A stretch of DNA of 64,000 nucleotides from a virus (taxonomy: Duplodnaviria; Heunggongvirae; Uroviricota; Caudoviricetes), in the IMG/VR virus record IMGVR_UViG_3300035034_002381, positions 64,001 to 128,000 of that record; one strand, given 5' to 3'. Shown here piece by piece: positions 59,329 through 64,000 of the stretch. The position numbers and the translations under genes were made by a program. How positions within the stretch are numbered: the stretch's first letter is position 1; each line of letters starts with the position of its first letter. The notes beneath the pieces are model-generated. The model did not search any database. It was not told the DNA's origin and saw only the letters and a list, made by a program, of their open reading frames with translations.

Positions 59329-59790
59329 ATGAAAAAATTTAATGAAACTGAAGCAAGTCCAGTAAATACTCCAGGTATGGGAAATGTTGTTCCAGGAGAA
59401 GTAGGATCTGGTGATGATTTTGGTGATGAAGAAGAAGAAGAAAAAGTTCGCCGAAAAAGACTTAAAAATCTTAGAACATTTGAAGAATTTGAAACAGCAG
59501 GTATCAACGAGGGTAGAACATATGAGGGACGGCCAATAACTCCTTCAATTTATACTACTGCTGATATTAGAAAACCTATCACTAAGAGATCACAGCTTAA
59601 AGATGGCATGAATGTTATGATATTAGACCATGGATTAAACCAATGGATAGCTTATATGAGATATATCGGATTTGAACAATTTATGCATAAATTTAATTCT
59701 GCTAGCCAATATGAAGACATGGTTTTCGATTATTCGACAGAAGAATTAGAAGATGCTATTAAGAATGGCGAGATTCTTATGATGAAATAA
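59329..59790 (+). CDS. Leader-bearing two-module protein (MKKFNE; internal LKNLRTFEEF..INE)
   Basis: NTPGMGNVVPG..GSGD module followed by a second, internal leader. Confidence 0.55.
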   Translation: MKKFNETEASPVNTPGMGNVVPGEVGSGDDFGDEEEEEKVRRKRLKNLRTFEEFETAGINEGRTYEGRPITPSIYTTADIRKPITKRSQLKDGMNVMILDHGLNQWIAYMRYIGFEQFMHKFNSASQYEDMVFDYSTEELEDAIKNGEILMMK

Positions 59791-59808
59791 TAAATTCAGT
59801 TAAAAATT

Positions 59809-59845
59809 AAAGGGATAGAGATTAGGTTCTTTATCCCTTTCTATG
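59809..59845 (+). terminator. Rho-independent terminator closing the leader-gene cluster
   Basis: AAAGGGATAGAGA / TCTTTATCCCTTT stem with 6-nt loop; A-rich before and T-rich after. Confidence 0.65.
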
Positions 59846-59957
59846 TTTAATCTAGTGATCATTAGATTAACTTTCTACTATTAGATAATAATATACCTAT
59901 CCATTTTTAAATAATGTCTTAGATTGAATCTATTGACATATTTTGTTATTCATATGT

Positions 59958-60008
59958 AAAACTTTTATCAAAAAATCTAATAAAAAAATTTAAATCACAA
60001 AAAAGTAA
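59958..60008 (+). promoter_or_regulatory. AAAACTTT-N14-ATAAAA promoter plus conserved leader
   Basis: Matches 46195-46243; heads the dUTPase-PolB-RNR unit. Confidence 0.55.
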
Positions 60009-60013
60009 AATTT

Positions 60014-60481
60014 ATGGCAAACACAGATAATGAATGTAAAGATCTAGAGATAAAAGATTTTTACGAACAATCAAAAACACATCTTGCAGATATTATGGAA
60101 CATCAAAAGGAGATGCAAGAAAAAACGTATAATATCGATTTTTCCGAGATGACTATTCGAGAAATTATGGATTTCTGGTTAGTTAATATTCATGCATTAA
60201 ATGATGAAATTCATGAAATGGTTGATGCTCTTGGTGGAATTAAAGACGGTTCAGGAAACGCTGTTTGGAAATATTGGAAAAAGGACCATTTCCGTTATGC
60301 AAACATGACTATAAATGATTTATCAGAAAATGATAAGAAGGAACTTTTTATGGAATGGGTAGACGGTCTACATTTTTTCATGAATTTTCCAGCATCAATT
60401 GGTCTTGACGCAAAAACTGCATACAATTATTATTTTGCAAAAGCCGAAGAAAACAAACGCAGACAAAAAGACGGATATTAA
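60014..60481 (+). CDS. Dimeric dUTPase / MazG-like NTP pyrophosphatase
   Basis: DEIHEM, EWVDGLHFFMN and C-terminal K..EN..RQ..GY. Confidence 0.8.
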   Translation: MANTDNECKDLEIKDFYEQSKTHLADIMEHQKEMQEKTYNIDFSEMTIREIMDFWLVNIHALNDEIHEMVDALGGIKDGSGNAVWKYWKKDHFRYANMTINDLSENDKKELFMEWVDGLHFFMNFPASIGLDAKTAYNYYFAKAEENKRRQKDGY

Positions 60482-60484
60482 AAT

Positions 60485-61876
60485 ATGATAGTAGATATTT
60501 CTCAAGAATTAGGAAAGTTAGAAGTCTCTTATATCGGTGAAGAAGGTGAACTTAGACTTTTACAATTAGATATTCCAGCCAGCGAACAGTATATTTGGGA
60601 TTATGTAAATCCTTCGCAGCGCAAAGATCCAAATTTTAAAAGCTGGGATAATAAACCAGTAAAGAAAACCAAAAGTAAATTTCTTAACAAATATAGGATT
60701 CAGGAATTTCTTTTGAATCAACCTAAACACATAAAGGATAAGTTATATGCAAAACATTTACCTAAAATGTTTTTCTGTGATATTGAAACTGAGGTAACAG
60801 ATGATGGATTCCCAGAACCCAAACAAGCAAAAAACGCAGTTACAGCAATAGCGTTTTCAACAGGAAATAAAATCATTGCTTTGGGTACAAAGAAATTAAC
60901 AACCAATGAAATTCTTGGAATTAAAGAAAAAATTAATGTTTATTTCAAAGATTTCAGATCCGAAATAGATTTTAATTATCTTTATTTCGAAACAGAATTT
61001 GATATGCTTTATTCTTTTATGGGTAAAGCAACTCATAAAATGCCGTTAATTACAGGATGGAATTTTATACGATTTGACTGGGAATATTTATTGAATCGTT
61101 GTAAAAGATTAAATATTGATCCAGCAATATCATCACCTAGAAATGAACTTACGTATAAGAACTTACCATTACATAGAATTATAGTCGATTACTTAGAAAT
61201 TTATAAAAAGTGGGATAAAAGTATTGACGTTAAGGAAAACAATAGTCTTAACTTCGTGTCACAAGAAGTTCTAGGTATTAAAAAGATTAATTATTCTGGT
61301 AGTCTTCAAGATTTATATGAACAAGATTTCGCAAAGTATATTTATTATAATGCTGTTGATACTTATCTGGTTCAATTAATTCACGAAAAACTACAGACTA
61401 TTCAAACATTTTTTACTTTAGGAATTTTAACAGGCGTCGAATTACAAAAAGTTTATTCGCCAATTAATATGGCAGAAACAGCGATGCTGGCCGAATTCTA
61501 TAAGCGTGGATGTATTTTTCCTAGGGTTAAAAAATCTAATGATAACGAGAAAAAGGGTTATAAGGGTGCATTTGTATTTAAACCCAAACCTGATATGTAT
61601 GAATGGATAGCTGCGTTTGACTTTGCATCACTATATCCTTCTATTATGAGACAGTTTAACATTTCTCCAGAGAATTATATCAAAAACATAGAACCAGGAG
61701 AAGAAATAGAAGCAGGTCAAGTAGTAACTAAATCTGGAGCTGTGTTCGATGATACTGAAGATAGTGTTTTCAGAACTGTTCTTACTGAATATTATGCAAA
61801 AAGAAAGGAAGCTAAAAGTGAAATGTTTGCCATTGAACAGGAAATTGATTTCTTAAAAAAATATATACATCAATAA
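60485..61876 (+). CDS. Family B DNA polymerase, N-terminal part only (exonuclease plus motif A)
   Basis: CDIETE, GWNFIRFD, YNAVD and DFASLYPSI present. Ends after KRKEAK with no KxxxNSxYG or YGDTDS. Confidence 0.88.
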   Translation: MIVDISQELGKLEVSYIGEEGELRLLQLDIPASEQYIWDYVNPSQRKDPNFKSWDNKPVKKTKSKFLNKYRIQEFLLNQPKHIKDKLYAKHLPKMFFCDIETEVTDDGFPEPKQAKNAVTAIAFSTGNKIIALGTKKLTTNEILGIKEKINVYFKDFRSEIDFNYLYFETEFDMLYSFMGKATHKMPLITGWNFIRFDWEYLLNRCKRLNIDPAISSPRNELTYKNLPLHRIIVDYLEIYKKWDKSIDVKENNSLNFVSQEVLGIKKINYSGSLQDLYEQDFAKYIYYNAVDTYLVQLIHEKLQTIQTFFTLGILTGVELQKVYSPINMAETAMLAEFYKRGCIFPRVKKSNDNEKKGYKGAFVFKPKPDMYEWIAAFDFASLYPSIMRQFNISPENYIKNIEPGEEIEAGQVVTKSGAVFDDTEDSVFRTVLTEYYAKRKEAKSEMFAIEQEIDFLKKYIHQ

Positions 61877-62010
61877 AATAATTATTTATTATCTATGAAA
61901 CAATGCCTCTACAATCCAAATATCAACAACACGATTAAAGACTGCATTGTTTTCCTTTTTTATTCTTGGTCCACCTAAGAATAATTTACAATTTTTTCCA
62001 AAGATTTTTC

Positions 62011-62031
62011 AGGATTCTAATTTAGAATCCT
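62011..62031. repeat. 21-nt near-perfect palindrome before nrdB
   Basis: AGGATTCTAA-T-TTAGAATCCT. Confidence 0.7.
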
Positions 62032-62061
62032 TAAATTTTTAAGCTCAAAAATAAGAAATTT

Positions 62062-63042
62062 ATGTCAGATATTTTTACTAAACGAGATTCTTATAAGCCC
62101 TTCGAATTCGGGTATATTACTAATCCTTTAATTAACGCAATGTGGTCAGGTCACTGGACTCACAATGAATTTACTTTTCGGAGTGACGTCCAAGATTTCA
62201 AAACACAATTAACAATAGAAGAACAACAGGTAATTAAAAGATCTGTATTATTAACATCACAGGTCGAAGTAGCAGTCAAATCTTACTGGTCAAATATTGG
62301 TAAATTAATTCCTAAACCTGAAGTTGCAGACATGGGTGCAGTCTTTGGTGGAGTCGAGGTCATCCATTCAAGAGCTTACAGTGAAATTTTAAGTAAATTA
62401 GGATTTGAAGACGAATTTGATGAGTTATTCAAAGAACCAGTTGTTGTAGGTCGGGTTAATTATTTGAACAAATATTTAAATAAGGTATACAAAAAGGATC
62501 ATAAAAACATTACTTATTCATTAATACTTTTTACATTATTTACAGAATATTGCGCATTATTTTCGCAATTTTATATTATTCTTGGTTTCAATAGATTCAG
62601 AGCAATTTTTAAAGATATTGCTAACGTTGTACAATATACATCAAAGGAAGAAAACCTTCATGCAGAAGGTGGTATAGCTTTGGTAAACGCTATTCGTAGT
62701 GATCATCCAGAGATTTTCGACGCCGAGTTCAATGCAAGAATTCAAGAAGAAGTCCAAGAAGCATTTATAGCAGAATCGCAGTTAATAGACTGGATGCTGC
62801 AAGATTACAGTAACGAATTTCTTTCAAAAGAAATATTAAAAGGATATGTTCAAAGACGGTTGAATGATTGTCTGTTAAAATTAGGATTCAATAAAGTTTT
62901 CAATGTTAACGAAGAAATCATTCAAAAAACTAATTGGATGGAAGAAGAAGTATATGCTTCTGCAATGACAGACTTTTTTCATAAAAAACCTATTGACTAT
63001 TCTAAAAATTCAAAATCATATGACACAAATGAATTATTCTAA
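62062..63042 (+). CDS. nrdB: Class Ia ribonucleotide reductase beta subunit
   Basis: WTHNEF, EVIHSRAY, EYCALFSQF and EENLHAEGG di-iron ligands; DFFHKKP. Confidence 0.95.
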   Translation: MSDIFTKRDSYKPFEFGYITNPLINAMWSGHWTHNEFTFRSDVQDFKTQLTIEEQQVIKRSVLLTSQVEVAVKSYWSNIGKLIPKPEVADMGAVFGGVEVIHSRAYSEILSKLGFEDEFDELFKEPVVVGRVNYLNKYLNKVYKKDHKNITYSLILFTLFTEYCALFSQFYIILGFNRFRAIFKDIANVVQYTSKEENLHAEGGIALVNAIRSDHPEIFDAEFNARIQEEVQEAFIAESQLIDWMLQDYSNEFLSKEILKGYVQRRLNDCLLKLGFNKVFNVNEEIIQKTNWMEEEVYASAMTDFFHKKPIDYSKNSKSYDTNELF

Positions 63043-64000
63043 TTTTTATTGGCTAAACGAAAACTCTCGAAAATTTTTAGAACGAGGATATTTACTTCCA
63101 GGAGTCACAGGTGAAGAACGAGTAAAACAAATAGCAGACAGGGCAGAAGAACTTTTAGGAATAGAGGGTTTTTCTGATAAATTTTATCATTATATGGCTA
63201 AAGGCTATTTTAGTTTAAGCACACCTGTTTGGACTAACTTTGGATTAGGGAGAGGACTTCCTATTAGTTGTTATGGGATTGATATTCAAGATGACACAGC
63301 AGATATTTTGCGTGCAGCAGCTGAAATAGGCGTACTCACAAAACAAGGTGGTGGAACTGCTGGTTATTTTGGAAAAATTCGACCACGAGGATCTGTCATT
63401 AATAATAACGGAGTCACGAATGGTTCAGTTGCAATGATGGAACTTTTCCAGACAGTTACTGGTGTTATTTCGCAAGGTCAAGCAAGAAGAGGCTTTTTTG
63501 CTGCATACCAAGACGTTGATCATGGAGATTTTTGGGAATTTATTAAATGTCGTGACGAGGGACACGCTATACAAGATTTAGCTATTGGAGTTTGTATTTC
63601 TGATGATTTTATGATACGAGCAAAGGATGGTGATCCTGAGGCTAGGAAAAGACTGATGGCTATTCATAAAAAGAGAGACGAATCTGGATTTCCTTATATT
63701 TTCTTTAGTGATAATGTTGAACGTGGAAAACCCCAAGTTTATAAAGATAAAAAAATGCGAATTAATCATTCGCAAATGTGTACAGAAATAATCGAATATA
63801 CTGATGCAGAAAAAACATTCGTTTGTTGTTTATCATCGGTTAATCTTTTACATTGGGATGAAATTAAACATACTGATGCAATTGAAACATTGACATATTT
63901 TTTAGATGCAGTCTATAGTGAGTTCATTGAAAAGGCTGATGGGTTACCATTTATGGAAAAAGCTGTTAAATTTGCTAAAGAACATCGCAGTATTGGAGTC
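63029..64000 (+). CDS. nrdA: Class Ia ribonucleotide reductase alpha subunit, 3'-truncated by window
   Basis: Read directly: MNYSNFYWLNENSRKFLERGY...STPVWTNFG...LPISC...GGGTAG...RRG...SQMCTEI...FVCCLSS. Confidence 0.95.
   Translation, partial: MNYSNFYWLNENSRKFLERGYLLPGVTGEERVKQIADRAEELLGIEGFSDKFYHYMAKGYFSLSTPVWTNFGLGRGLPISCYGIDIQDDTADILRAAAEIGVLTKQGGGTAGYFGKIRPRGSVINNNGVTNGSVAMMELFQTVTGVISQGQARRGFFAAYQDVDHGDFWEFIKCRDEGHAIQDLAIGVCISDDFMIRAKDGDPEARKRLMAIHKKRDESGFPYIFFSDNVERGKPQVYKDKKMRINHSQMCTEIIEYTDAEKTFVCCLSSVNLLHWDEIKHTDAIETLTYFLDAVYSEFIEKADGLPFMEKAVKFAKEHRSIGV

Noticed and set aside
61890-62010. Second polymerase half or an ORF after the split PolB
   Set aside because: No motif B or C on either strand. 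There is only a start-less, approximately 40-codon minus-strand frame with no recognisable motif.
1-64000. Stop-codon reassignment (seen in some large phages)
   Set aside because: Long genes are intact under code 11 and end in TAA, TAG and TGA. The breaks found are frameshifts or deletions, not in-frame TAG/TGA.
1-64000. CRISPR array, rRNA or tRNA genes
   Set aside because: No regularly spaced 25-45 nt repeats and no RNA-gene signatures seen; non-coding gaps are short.

Overview
This is an AT-rich, almost entirely plus-strand segment of a large T4-related (Tevenvirinae-distant, jumbo-type) myophage genome. The host is probably Bacteroidota, inferred from A-rich starts without Shine-Dalgarno sites and Flavobacteria-like GalE and RNR. 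The window holds neck, baseplate and tail genes (gp13, gp25, gp6, gp7-like, very large virion proteins, a collagen-containing fibre, a tube-like protein). It also holds a replication/recombination block (RuvC-like, gp32, primase, UvsY-like, GIY-YIG homing endonuclease, frameshifted UvsW, dimeric dUTPase-like, split PolB, nrdB/nrdA) and auxiliary genes (PhoH, GalE, CapA-like, ATP-grasp, amidoligase). The main unexplained pattern is about 20 ORFs sharing an N-terminal MKxxKxFxEFxNE leader that resembles the T4 internal-protein capsid-targeting sequence. Many of these are multi-module polyproteins with internal (I/L)xE protease-type linkers. Their cargoes include an Acb1-like 2H phosphoesterase and members of a ligase-like / Pol-beta NTase / HIGH-transferase cluster. 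DNA-level traces (identical 30-nt leaders, an empty leader, a degenerate duplicated promoter+leader) suggest the leader is shuffled as a cassette. All family calls are from motif recognition by eye; no database search was run.
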